A stretch of 63,299 nt of DNA, filler included, from Craspedostauros australis (lineage: Eukaryota), in assembly GCA_030167865.1 (NCBI GenBank). It is 14 parts of 14 records of this genome, joined end to end, with 100 filler letters (N's around TTAATTAATTAA, not from the genome) between each part and the next. Parts side by side here need not be neighbours in the genome. Positions count along the whole stretch, not along the records: positions 36,185 to 38,458 come from JALAGF010003118.1; positions 38,559 to 39,686 come from JALAGF010003119.1; positions 39,787 to 45,454 come from JALAGF010003120.1; positions 45,555 to 46,592 come from JALAGF010003122.1; positions 46,693 to 48,225 come from JALAGF010003124.1; positions 48,326 to 49,571 come from JALAGF010003126.1; positions 49,672 to 51,369 come from JALAGF010003127.1; 7 more parts are not named here. The stretch is one strand, 5' to 3'. Position numbers and translations under genes: made by a program. Positions 37,429 through 50,269 of the stretch are shown here, one piece after another. A model generated the notes under the pieces. The model was not told the origin of the DNA. It did no database searches and saw only the letters and a program-made list of their open reading frames with translations. Numbering within the stretch: the first letter of the stretch is position 1; each line of letters starts with the position of its first letter.

Positions 37429-37805
37429 GCATTGGGATTGTACACATCCCGCCAAACACGCCCACTTGGCTAGGATATAGGCGTACGCCCACTAATCTAG
37501 TGCGCAATACTTGTTTCATACTCGTACCATCAATGATCTCCACCAAATGATAGACTTCTCTTCCAACGCATGTGCCAAGATGGCAAAAGGACGACAAGAC
37601 GTGAAGCTTCCCAGCAGTGTATTGGTACGTGTATGGATACACTTACACAGAGTACTTGTACGATGCGCTGACATAGCTGAGCGAGCGCATCTCCTCTGCC
37701 TAGTCTGGGGCAAATGCGTGCCTTGTGCAGGATGTTGGGGAACTGATACCAATGCACTTTTCCTCCGCGAGAAGCACACTCCATCACTCTCGCAGAAAAT
37801 ACAGA

Positions 37806-38105
37806 GACACAAACAGACGACACAAACAAACGACACAAACAAACGAACAGACAAACAAACAAACAAACAAACAAACAAACAAACAAACAAACGACACAAA
37901 CAAACAGACAGACAAACGACACAAACAAACGACACAAACAAACGACACAAACAAACGACACAAACAAACGACACAAACAAACGACACAAACAAACGACAC
38001 AAACAAACGACACAAACAAACGACACAAACAAACGACACAAACAAACGACACAAACAAACGACACAAACAAACGACACAAACAAACGAACAGACAGACAA
38101 ACAGA
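37806..38105. repeat. Micro/minisatellite (CAAA)n and (CAAACAAACGACA)n
   Basis: Visible 4-bp and 13-bp periodicity. Confidence 0.95.
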
Positions 38106-38281
38106 CGGACATAGCCACCACCTGGTGACGACATGTGAGATGCAGGCACATGGTCGCACCTGCAAAAGCAGTAATCGACATGCAGGCAAACCTTGATCTA
38201 AGCATTCGTACTACCATACATGCCAAACCACACTGTTTATGTTCGCCATTTCGCTTTGTTGTCGTGGTTCGTCGGCGTTCT

Positions 38282-38458
38282 TCACTCCTCTGTAACAACA
38301 GCCATCCCCTCCAGACCCTGCTCCTCTTCTGCTGCTGCCTCTTGCTCCATCAATCGTTTCGCTTCGGCCACGACCTCCTTGCCCCGATACTCCCATTCCT
38401 TGCGATTGGCGCGTGCGTAGTTCAGATACTCGTCGCTCGACTTGCCAAACACTCCGCA
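38282..38458 (-). CDS. C-terminal fragment of a cyclic nucleotide phosphodiesterase (5'-truncated; absent from ORF track)
   Basis: Manual translation CGVFGKSSDEYLNYARANRKEWEYRGKEVVAEAKRLMEQ...EE* matches the conserved end of diatom PDE / cyclase-PDE proteins. Confidence 0.8.
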   Translation of the reverse strand, partial: CGVFGKSSDEYLNYARANRKEWEYRGKEVVAEAKRLMEQEAAAEEEQGLEGMAVVTEE

Positions 38459-38558
38459 NNNNNNNNNNNNNNNNNNNNNNNNNNNNNNNNNNNNNNNNNN
38501 NNTTAATTAATTAANNNNNNNNNNNNNNNNNNNNNNNNNNNNNNNNNNNNNNNNNNNN

Positions 38559-39686
38559 TGGGGGAGGAGGGGGAAGTCAACACCATCAACTGTGATACTC
38601 ACACATCCACGTGCTCACACACACACACACACACACACACACTGCCACACCGTGCAACTAGCCACAACACACAACAACATGTGAGACTGTGATGCAACAG
38701 TCAACATCAAATGAACTATCTGTCAACACCATTCCAACTACAGGAGGATGGCACAAGTCCCATGAAATGGCTGACTTGTGGGGGAGGAGGGGGAANNNNN
38801 NNNNNNNNNNNNNNNNGGAGGATGGCACAAGTCCCATGAAATGGCTGACTTGTGGGGGAGGAGGGGGAACAACACCATCAACTGTGATACTCACACATCC
38901 ACGTGCTCACACACACACACACACACACCGCCACACCATACAACCAGCCACAACACACAACAACACGTGAGACCACGATGCAACAGTCAACACACAATGA
39001 ACTATCTGTCAACATCAAATGAACTATCTGTCAACACCATTCCAACTACAGGAGGATGGCACAAGTCCCATGAAATGGCTGACTTGTGGGGGAGGAGGGG
39101 GAACAACACCATCAACTGTGATACTCACACATCCATGTGCTCACACACACACACACTGCCACACGGTACAACCTCCCAAACAACACGATGTACTACGACC
39201 CACGCGATACACCGTGTTAAACATGTACAGCATGATACACCATGATGAACACATGTCTACGTACATCTATGTGTCTACACACACGCACCACGTCCATACG
39301 TACACGTCAACACTTCTACCACCTTCAACGGACCGCTACAAAGTGAGATATTGATGATCAAAGTACTCAACATCAACCAGTACTTGCAATACACAGTGTC
39401 GTGTACATGTAAGCACACACACATGTTCACCATGACCATACGCACGTGTGACAACAAGAACCACACTCTGAATCGACTTGGTGATGGAGATAGTGATGCA
39501 TGAGTACAACACAAACAACTTGTGATAACACGTGCAACCATGTTAATGTGAGATGAACATCGTCAATGGCGGATGAACATGGTCAATGGCAGATGAACTA
39601 TCGGTCAACATCAAATGAACTATCTGTCAACACCATTCCAACTACAGGAGGATGGCACAAGTCCCATGAAATGGCTGACTTGTGGG
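38559..39686. repeat. Complex satellite-like tandem repeat
   Basis: GGAGGATGGCACAAGTCCCATGAAATGGCTGACTTGTGGG recurs four times, with (CA)n tracts. Confidence 0.9.
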
Positions 39687-41099
39687 NNNNNNNNNNNNNN
39701 NNNNNNNNNNNNNNNNNNNNNNNNNNNNNNTTAATTAATTAANNNNNNNNNNNNNNNNNNNNNNNNNNNNNNNNNNNNNNNNNNNNCCAAGGTACGAGTG
39801 CGGAGTAATACCCATCTGGTGTCGATGTGACAAGCCAGTATGCGAGCAGAACGATGTGGACCGGGCGGAGAGGAAGTTGCGCATCTCTTCAATGATGAAA
39901 CGTGGAAGGGTGAATTGGGATGCAAGCGTCCCATCTCCACGGCATCCATGTACGTTGCCATTTCAGCAAGGCATTTCATCAAGGCTGCTGCATCATCTGT
40001 CGTATCGTACTGTCCGAGGTTTTCTGAATGTCTTGGCATTTGGCGTCGCGGATTAATGCGAGCGCGCTCGTCATGGAGCAGCAACGTTGCTGCTCCTTTT
40101 TATCACGCCTCCACCATGCTTCCATCTCTGCTTCTCAGACGACTCGATCGTACCTCTGGCGTGTTCCTCGTCGCTTTGGCTTCAGGATGGCTGCTGATCA
40201 CGTTGCGGCTGTTGTTGGCTGCTGGATACCTCTGGATATTGATTGCTGGCTGATGATGCCTTGCAAAGTGGCGGCCGATTGGTATTCTGAGACGGACATG
40301 ACGATCTTCAGAGGTCGGGAAGTGACTTCCAGTAGTAGTGGTAGAAATGGTGGTGATGGCGGTGGTGGCCAAGGTACGAGTATTAATGATGGCACGAGTA
40401 GCTCGTTGAAGCAGAGAAGTGACATGTGATGAGTGGTGTGGTGGTTGTTGTGAGTTTCGTTTTGATTTCGCCTTCGCGAGGGGGCTACTTCTTGTGTCCA
40501 TGAAGGATCGCTGCCTTGATGCCAACTGGCGAAAACGCGGATCATTCAGTCCAGACGCGTGATACGTATGTGCCGATGGACAATACAAAACAGCCACGGA
40601 TAAAGAACTGGTCTCCAAAACCTGAATGGAATGAATGTATACGAACAATTTCAACTACCATACATATCAACGACGGAGATTCGTTGAACACATAGTAACA
40701 TGTTGCGAATGAGTTATCATTGGACTTGTTTCTCTAGAGAGAGGCCCAGTCTAGCGAGAGGCTTCTCGTGCTTTTCTGCCTTGTGGACGAATTCCACATT
40801 TCCGATCCGAACTACGGCAACACAGAGGCAAAGGCTTCTCGAATGTGTAGATCGTACCACACATTTCGTCACGGCGACATTCATGCTGCATGCAGTACGA
40901 GTCACTCTGCATCTCAACATCATAGTCTTCATGCCGACGCCTTCAGGGTGCGTTCGCTATTCCTCTCAGTAGTCCCGTCTTTACTCTGCGCAGCACGCTT
41001 TCCTGAGCTGTTGGTGGCGGTGACCGCCGAAGGCGCGTGCTCAACTGCCACGGATGTCGTCCGAGAAGTGTCGCCCACTGTGCGGACTGTCCCGACCAC

Positions 41100-41530
41100 G
41101 GAGCTTGAGAGTACTGGCGACCGATGACGCAGTAGGAATCAACGAAAGTTTGGCGACGGCGTAGTTGTGGTCGGATGCCAATGTACCAGCCAAGGCCCCA
41201 GCGCTCTAAACGAGAGGAACGATCCGGTGGCAACGATAACTGTGCTCACTGGCTACTGACAAGTCATCGCAGCACATCTTCAACTTTGCTGGCTTCGATC
41301 ATGCTCGCAACACCGAAGAGGTGAAGGCTTCGTCTTCTTTGGAACCAGCGGTCCCGGCACAGGCGATGATAGATCTAGACAGAAAGCTGGGAAGCGGATC
41401 AGAGAAAGGAAACGTGGGGGAGGCTGCGGACAGAGTGACACAAAAGTACATGATCACATAGAGCTCTGGCAGGAACGGCATGGCAACAGTTTGAATCATC
41501 TGGCAGAGTTGAAATACTAGTCGGTTGGGT
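41100..41530 (-). pseudogene. Degenerate cyclin-box relic
   Basis: Manual translation gives *FKLLP (41495-41481) and SLHLFGVASMIEASKVEDV (within 41374-41264), resembling cyclin N-box helices; stops and frameshifts. Confidence 0.45.
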
Positions 41531-44061
41531 GAACACCACAAGAGAGATCGCGATGGGGGATTATCGATGGGCGCAGTTTTGTGAGATTAGTTGTGTTCGA
41601 CAAACATCACGTCGCCTCGTTTCTTCGTTTCATTTCTCCAATCATCGCGCACACGGGAAAGTCATGACATCGCTCAGAAGGCTTACTATTCTGCGGTTTA
41701 GCGCGCCCTTTGCCAAGTTGATGTGCCAAACACTTAACCGCCGTGCAGCTATTTATCTCTCAGATGGAACCTGATTTACGGTCGATCGAACAGACGTGCG
41801 CCAAACTCACAACAACAAATCTCACGCTCACATTTTCGATCAAGCGACAGAACAACAGGCACCGACAAAGAGACGCAGCCTGGTGTCGATTACGACTACG
41901 AAAGGAGACGGCGCCAACTCGATCTTTGAAGCCTGCCAAATGTGTACAAGAACGGCGCTCACAATGGCGCACGACAGTGCCAGAAAGTTTGGATAGCTCA
42001 GCGCCCACCGCTGCGAGACCACTATCGCCTTTGTCTAACAATTCTATGGCTTTTGTTGCTGGTCTGGAAGTGGAGGGCGGAGGGAGGACGTTCCCGGCAC
42101 CGTTCGCGGCATGCGCGGCGAGCGTACACCCTTGGCATCTGCTGCGTAAACATTATACGCACCTATTCTGTGGACACAATATGGACAATATCATGGCCGA
42201 CAGGGCAATAACACCATGAACAGCAGACACTTCCAACAATAATATATGGAACTAACCAGCAGAGAGTCGAACATTGGTCAATCGAAGCATGAAGAGGCAG
42301 CAGGCACAGCGACACCTTCAGCCCCATGCAGGAACGATGCATTATTGAACAATGTGAAAGTACAATGCAGTTGGTGTAGAAACCATATGCCACAATCAAT
42401 GCAAGCATGGCACGCACTCATCACGAACATCGTTTTGTGGAGTGCAACCACGAAAACAACACATTTTCGTGAGTGGGAAGCGCGCAAGATGGAATTGCGA
42501 AGTTGAGATGTTCCGATCAAACGGTTGATAGCGAACTGGAGAGGAGATGACGATGAGCCGATTGGGTAGATGTGGCGACTGATGGATTTGGCTCAAATCA
42601 CCACTAGTGAGGGGGCAGCATGTCTATTGCAAGGAGTCAACAGGACGGTTTCATCCATGCTATGGTTCCGGAAAGATGCGCAACAGAGTCTCGTGATGTT
42701 CTTGCTATTGGGAGTCAAGGTAAAATGGAAACTTCAGGAGTTGTGAAAAACCATTGGCGCCACAACTCTTTCGGCTCATTATGGCATTGCAGGTTTGGCA
42801 CAGACACGACGCTCGGGCATCGATTTTGTGAAGCCAACAGCAACCCAAAGATCCCGGAAGCCCGATGGATGTCACTCGGTTTTGCCTCAATCCTCCATGG
42901 CTGTGTACAATTCTTTTCTACTCTCTCTTTGCGTGTGCGCAGAGAGAGAGAGAGAGAGAGATACTAATCGATCCTTCCCGGTTTCCAAAAGTACAATACA
43001 ATGACTGTGCTTCGCGATTGACTGGTGAAAACTCTCTGAGCGCTGCCGTCCCATACCCGTGCTCCCACATTTTATGACACGAGGGAAGAGGATGGTTGAT
43101 GCTGATGATGCCTGATCGTTTCAGCGATAGTGTTCGAGACCACCTCTCCATCGGAATAGGCGAGACAAACCGCCAATCCAATCCCGTGCTCATTTGGAAT
43201 CTTGCTTCTGTGAGCATTCGTCTTGTTGACATAACCCCAGGGGAGACCCACCGAAAATGTGGTTATGTCCACCGGTCAATGACGAATTGTGGACCAACGC
43301 AGCTTCACGGAGTCGGCCAATGAATGGCCCAACACACACGTGTCATACACACATGCGACTGCGATGAACTTTCTCTTTGACCCTTTGTTTGAACAACCGC
43401 CAAAACGCGCATGCGAAGCATGAGCAGAATACTCTTTGGTGCTTTGACCCAGTCCCAATTTTGCCGCCAACTTTCAAGGCGACGGCATTTGATGCGTGCG
43501 GATCCACACATTTGCGCGTAGACGTTCCACCTCCACTGCTTTCACGGGCAGTTCTTCCTGTCCACTTTCTGAGTCGCAAAGGCGTGCTGGTCTGCTTTCG
43601 GCGCCAAGGAGAGCACCCGACGATTTGTGGCCAATCCCTTTGCCGTTCAGACTCTTCATCTAGTACGCAACGCTTTCCGGGCGCAACCTCTTCGCGGTCC
43701 TCACATCGGCATATCCCCAAGCGTGGCAGCGGTCCTCGACGAAATCATCCCTTCTGGTCGGCTGATTAATTCTTCCCATATAGTAGCCTGTGCGTAGCTT
43801 CCATCACAATTCAAGCAAATACGCTGGCGAGGACAGTATTGCAGCGCCTCTCCATTTACCGTTTCATCCGAGCAGTAAAAGAAACGACGCAGCCAAGCCT
43901 CCATGGTCGTCGCCTGAGAGCAACCACACATCGAGAGGTCACCACACACAAGGTACCAAAGGCAAGAATACGGACGGCTACGCGGCAAGGAAGCACAAAA
44001 CGCCATTTTCCCTCAGAATCGCGGCCATCTCTCCTTTCGCCCATCCGAACCCTTCCCGACC

Positions 44062-45454
44062 ATGAAGTTCTCCATCATCGCGCTCGCATCAGCGCTCCTC
44101 CTCTCGGATCAAAGCGGGATCTTCGCGCAGAACACCAAGCTCGGTAAGCTTCCCATCATCACCATGACCGCACTGGTGGCCGTAATCTCGACATCGCGAA
44201 ACCACCATACGTTACTGCTGAAGATGACGCCGACAATGATGCGTGCTTCCGGCGCAGCCTGCCGCTTCTGCCATCTCTCTGGAGTTGTGGCGATGGTGTT
44301 GCCGTTGGTTGCCTTCGCCACCACCAGCTGGAGCTGCGTCTACATCTACATCTGCCACAGCATAGCCTGCAATTGCTGCTGTGCTATTCCATCTCCTGCC
44401 GCATCCGCTCTTCGTAACACGTGTATATGCCGTATCATTCTCATCCATTCCGTCCATTCATTTGTCAATTCATCCGTGCATCCATGCCTGCATGCATCAA
44501 CGCTTCAATCGATCCTTCAATCGACGAACCATTCATTCACACGCTTCAACCGTTGCCCGGTTCCATCGCTTGATTCCGTCGCCTCTCGCATCGGCGCCCA
44601 CTATCAATCCCTGTGTCCTCATGATCGACATAATCGACACGATCGACCGGTCCATTGCACGCGGTCTACTTCCCAATGCACCATGCGACACTCAATCCTC
44701 TATGCTGCTGCTGGTATTGCTGCTGCCGCCGCATGGTCTATGACGCATGGTCTATGACGCATGGTCTATGACGCATGGTCGATGATCTATTGTATGATCA
44801 TCCATTGTCCACTATCAATACTCACCATGAATATATTCTACAATGCACATACATACATCTGTATATGTAATGCACATGCACATATATACACATCTGCACA
44901 CGTAATGCAAATACAATGCACACTGCACACTGCACCAACACAGTCCGCCGCACGCGAATCCGCAACCATGATGATGATGTTGATGACGAAAACTTCGCCT
45001 TCCGCCAGCGCATCCTCAAGGCGGAGAAGGCCAACAAGGGCGATAACGTGGATTCGGATGACACTGCAACGCCGACCGCGATTCCGACATCGATGCCGAC
45101 ATCGATGCCAACATCCGCACCGACGGAGACCATGGTGGACCTGGAGGCTCGTCTCTCACAGCTTCAGGGCGATCTCACCCAGTGTCTCACGGATCTCGCC
45201 GCGCTGCTGAGCCAAGCTGCCGGAAGCGGCACGGCCGTCACGTTGACGCCAACGGTTGACGGTGTCACCTTCGCCGACGACATCAACGGACAGATCGCGG
45301 AGGTCAGTGTGGAGCTGGAGTACTGCTTGCAGGAGAAGGCGCGCATCATGGCCATCCTCGGACGAACCGAGATACCAACATCATCTCCGACATCGGCACC
45401 GACCGATATGCCGACATCAGCTCCGACATCGGCGCCTACATCGGCACCGACTGC
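44062..45454 (+). CDS. Secreted Pro/Thr/Ser-repeat protein, 3'-truncated; exons 44062-44143 and 44944-45454
   Basis: Signal peptide; 800-bp GTAAG...ACAG intron in frame; PTSMPTSAPT repeats flanking coiled-coil-like segments. Confidence 0.75.
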
Positions 45455-45554
45455 NNNNNNNNNNNNNNNNNNNNNNNNNNNNNNNNNNNNNNNNNNNNTT
45501 AATTAATTAANNNNNNNNNNNNNNNNNNNNNNNNNNNNNNNNNNNNNNNNNNNN

Positions 45555-46592
45555 ACGAAGAAGAATTTTCTCAATTGTTGGGCCCGTCTGCTGAAGTTCC
45601 TCGAGAGTGGAAAAGGTGCGTCCGTTTTGTGATGTTGCATGTTGTGACTGTTATTGTGATTGCCGACTGTCCTGACATGCTCGTGAAACAAATCTCTTCT
45701 CACACAGCTCTGATTTGCTTCGCTGTGCACAGGATTTGGATCTGATTTTCGCAAGAGGTGCGGTCTGGATTCCACAGAACGCCTCGCAGAGTTGCGTCAA
45801 GAACGCGGGATCAACCTGAACTACCGACCAGCGCAAGGCGCTGTTAACAACACCGATGCCAATCACCCTCCTGCTGCTGATCTTGCTCGCGGTTCTTCTT
45901 CGGACGACGACGAAAGTTACCTTCCTTCTGTTCATTCTGATCGTCTCGGCTCTGCTGTATCTTCAGACAGCTTGGAGCTCGACCCAGGATTCGTTGACGA
46001 CGATCTCTCTCAAGCTACCCCACCATTCATTATGCCTCGTCGTGGAGTTCAAGCCCCTCGTGGACCCCCTGTCCGAGACGTGAACAAACCAACACCTCCT
46101 CCTGCCCCCAAGCGCGACGCCACACCCAACAACAAGACCATCGTGGATGCCATGAACAACATGGGAATCCGGAGCGCAGATCGCGCCATGAGCCCTGCAC
46201 TGGACATGGTCAAGCTCGGATCATTCACTGAACGTGCTTTTGATCCATTGACAGCTGCAAACGGAACAGGGCGCTACAGGGAGGGGATTCACATGTTTGT
46301 GGTCCTGGACGCAAAGGTGGATCCGGATTCTGTGGCGCTGTCTACAGAGGATGAAGGATGGACACTGAAGCTGACCTACAAAGTGCCAAAGATGTACTTC
46401 ACAGCAGAGTGCATCTACGGAGTCTATGGTTATGACAAAGGGTTTTCTACAAGCCTTGCGGCAGCTAAGAATTATTTCCAAGATCTCGCTCGGAAGGTCA
46501 CCGACGATGCAGGCGAGCTCGTTGTCAGCTGCCAGTTCAGCCTCCCAAGGAAGATTGACAGTCTCTTCCGCAACGTCAAGACCAAGGACCTC
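45555..46592 (+). CDS. Hypothetical protein, truncated at both ends; intron 45616-45732
   Basis: Frame open across the whole contig after removing a GTGCGT...CACAG intron; disordered middle and a beta-rich C-terminal part. Confidence 0.6.
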
Positions 46593-46694
46593 NNNNNNNN
46601 NNNNNNNNNNNNNNNNNNNNNNNNNNNNNNNNNNNNTTAATTAATTAANNNNNNNNNNNNNNNNNNNNNNNNNNNNNNNNNNNNNNNNNNNNCC

Positions 46695-47252
46695 TTCATC
46701 AAGAAGTACTGGGAGGCATCAGCGCACGACAAGAGCTACGAAAACGAAATGTGGAGACCGTTTCTGTCCGGTCTGATCGCATCTGGCCTCTACCGCAAGA
46801 CACGACGGCCGGGATATCGGATGAAGCTGCGCAAGATGTACAAGGCTCTGAAGAAGATGCTCTCCATCCAAGGTTGCAACTGCCGAGACCGGTGCCTGCT
46901 GCTCAAGGCAGAGCTGGTCTCGCTCCAGGGCGGCAAGCTCCCCCACAAGGTGCTGGGGGCTTACAACCTCGCGATCCAGACCGCCTTGCACCATGGCCAA
47001 GTCCAGACGGCGGCCTTGGGATGCGAGTTGGCTGGTGAGCACTTTCTGCGTTCTAAGAAGGAGCAGCACATTGGTAACTTCTTCCAACGTGCTCTGTATT
47101 TGTACAAGGATTGGGGATGTGTGGCCAAGGCCGAGTACCTCCAGGAATGCCGTTCCATATACATCGACCCGATGTCATCACGTGTGTCGCGATCGAGCAT
47201 GCCCCACAATCGCGTCCCGCAACAGGTGCTTCTTGGGCCGACCACAAACTGA
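46695..47252 (+). CDS. C-terminal helical (TPR-like) fragment typical of AAA-ATPase / multi-sensor kinase proteins
   Basis: LLLKAE..YNLAI..AALGCELAGEHF..A..LYKDWGCVAK..L motif. Confidence 0.7.
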   Translation, partial: FIKKYWEASAHDKSYENEMWRPFLSGLIASGLYRKTRRPGYRMKLRKMYKALKKMLSIQGCNCRDRCLLLKAELVSLQGGKLPHKVLGAYNLAIQTALHHGQVQTAALGCELAGEHFLRSKKEQHIGNFFQRALYLYKDWGCVAKAEYLQECRSIYIDPMSSRVSRSSMPHNRVPQQVLLGPTTN

Positions 47253-48017
47253 TTGGGTTGGTTTTCAGCTTTGGATTTGCGTCTACGTGATGAATGGAAG
47301 AGCGGGTGGTGCGCCGACTGAGGGTGAAAACAGCCGGGGCCTCAAACGAGAAGACACATGCCTCCAACTCCCCATCTGTCTCCGGCGGAGATAATCGTGC
47401 CAAAGGAGCCCCATCGCCGCAATGCTACTGTCTCATACACGTACACCACAATTAAATTTAGATGCTCTCCATCTACGCTCCACACCGTTCATGTTTTTAG
47501 CTTGTAGCCAGTAGGAGGTACTGGAGGATGCACGATCTCAACTCAACATTTATGATGGCGATGCTCTGCCACACTAGTACCATGCAGCGAGTAAATCTGG
47601 GACTGCTGCGCCCACGGTTCTGCCTTTTGCGGTAAATCGTGAGAATCATGACTACGAGGTGCGACTGCGATCGTCCAGGAGGAAGGGCGTTTGGTACGAC
47701 CCGTGGGCATTGGATGCCTCGACCCAACACCGTGGCGAATTAGGCCAATCTGGAGGAACAGGGTAGAACAATCGAATCGAGTCTTGTGCGTGGGGGCGGA
47801 ACTGGTCACAATTTGTGTGGGATTCAACAACTAACTGGAACAAAGGATCGTGTTCGATGTCCGACACACCAACACAAAAGAGACCGCAAGCAATAGCGAT
47901 GGCGCAAAGAAGATTGATCACATGCTCACAAAATAAGCAACATCTCAAGAAAACAACGATCCCACACACGCACTCCACACGACTCTACTTGTACACAACA
48001 CACATTGCACGATCACC

Positions 48018-48225
48018 ATGGCACCACTCTTCCTCAAAACCACCGTTCTGGCCCTGGCATTCTCCTCTGCAGCCGCTCGCGACGTCGACTTCACCACGAA
48101 AGCGCACGAGCTGGAGAACCAGCTCATCGAGGACTGCCTCACCAACAAGGAGCCACATGGATTCTACGGTGCCTTCTTTCAGCCATGTGAATTCACCTTC
48201 CGCAAGGTCAAAGTCGAAACCATCG
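48018..48225 (+). CDS. N-terminus of a secreted protein, 3'-truncated
   Basis: Signal peptide MAPLFLKTTVLALAFSSAAA; codon bias. Confidence 0.6.
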
Positions 48226-48325
48226 NNNNNNNNNNNNNNNNNNNNNNNNNNNNNNNNNNNNNNNNNNNNTTAATTAATTAANNNNNNNNNNNNNNNNNNN
48301 NNNNNNNNNNNNNNNNNNNNNNNNN

Positions 48326-49571
48326 ATACATTTATGAGTGATTTTTAAGATTTAATGTTTTTTTTAATGTATACAGAATCGTTTCATTTTTTGTGAAATA
48401 GAAATTTAATCTTTTTTTATTATTTAGGAATGATTTAAAACTTAAGATCGTACACGGGCAAATGTAACTAAAAATATTATATCGTGTTTTGAGTTATTAT
48501 GCACGTATTTGACTCACATAAGTGTATCATATAGATCTTAGTAAATTTAATACATTCAGGAGTGATTTTTAAGATTTAATGTTTTTTTTAATGTATACAG
48601 AATCGTTTCATTTTTTGTGAAACAAAAATTTAATCTTTTTTGTATTGTTTAGAAATGATTTAAAACTTAAGATCACCCGCAGGCAAATGTGACTAAAAGT
48701 ATTCTATCTTAGTTAAGGATCTTTGATATGTCTTCTTATTAGATTTTGTATGAATTTTGATAAAAAAAGGTGTCACTATCAAGTTTTGTATGAAATTGTA
48801 GTTGAAATCAAGCATGAAGGATAGATGTGATTATCGGAATGGCGGCGATAAAATTTTCTAGAGTTAATTTATTATTAAATTAGAAGAATTGCTAGTTGAT
48901 TTTAATCATTTAGTCCGATTTTAGAATAAATTCGGGTTGATGGCATTTTGCAAGTTTAAAAAAGTTTAAGGATTTTTTAGACGGGAGACTTATGGCGCGG
49001 ACGAGGATTATAAACAAGTAAAATCGACGGATTCAAAGCCTTCAAGGTTCAAACAATGTACTTAGCACTCAAATTTGACGAATTCATAAAAGGATATAGT
49101 AGTATAGAATTGCTTTAATGTATTTATATAAACATACAAATTAGAGATGGGAGCATTCTATTCAATCGATTGTTTTAAAGGAATTAGTGAAAATTTTAAT
49201 GTTAATGAGGGTGATTTGGGTGATAATACATGTTATATTTAATATAAGTATGGTTATACTTTATATTGCTAGGCCGTATGTGAGTGTTTTTATTGATTAT
49301 GTAATTTTTCGTTAGAGACGTTTATAGTTATTAAGTTTAAATATGTATCAGTTTTTCCAAGATCATCTTGACGAATTGTTTCATTTTTTGTGAAATAGAA
49401 ATTTAATCTTTTTTTATTATTTAGGAATGATTTAAAACTTAAGATTGTACGCGGGCAAATATGACTAAAAATGCTATATTTTAGGTAAAAGGTCTTTGAT
49501 ATGTCTTTTTATTCGATTTTGTGTGAATTTTGATAAAAAAGGTGTCACTATTAAGTTTTCGCATGAGATTA
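48326..49571. repeat. AT-rich contig with internal direct repeats
   Basis: No ORF in the track; ~120-bp block at 48326 and 48551, ~180-bp block at ~48604 and ~49378. Confidence 0.85.
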
Positions 49572-50269
49572 NNNNNNNNNNNNNNNNNNNNNNNNNNNNN
49601 NNNNNNNNNNNNNNNTTAATTAATTAANNNNNNNNNNNNNNNNNNNNNNNNNNNNNNNNNNNNNNNNNNNNTGTTGCTGTTCCTATTGTTGCCTGTTGAT
49701 AGTGTTGGCTTGTTTTCTGCCGTTCTCGTTGGGGCTGTGCCTGTGGTTTCTTTGTTGCTGGATTTTTGCTGAGTCCCTTCCTTCCCACGTATATACTAGT
49801 CACTCTTACTTTGTTTGCTCTTGGCTTGCATTCTGGGGGATGCTGCCTGTTGGGTTGTTGGTGTCCATGAGGTCGGACCCACCTGATTCGGCATCACTGC
49901 TGTTCTTGGCTACTAACTTGGATGCCTGCTTTTCATGCGCTTCTTTGCTGCTACCATCCTTGCTATCTTCTTCGCTGTCCTCCTCGCTGTCGTCACTGTT
50001 GTCATCACTCATGTCATCTCCTTCTGGAATGGTATTCTCTGGGGCAGACAAGTTGAAATCCATTTTTGCTTCGGCGGCCGTCGCGAACCTACCTGGGTTG
50101 GCAGTCTTAAGGTGGGATGTACGCGTGATGGCTTGCGCGACGTGATCAGCTTGTTGGACCACTGATGCCATCGCAAATGTGCCTACGGTGTTGCTGTCCC
50201 TGTTTTTAGTGTGGGGGTTGCTTTCCATTTGCACTTCAAACTTCAACAGCAGGACAGGTTTCATGTTCC

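Noticed and set aside
37511..38298. ORFs of 120-260 aa
   Set aside because: Translations of the CAAA/13-bp satellite
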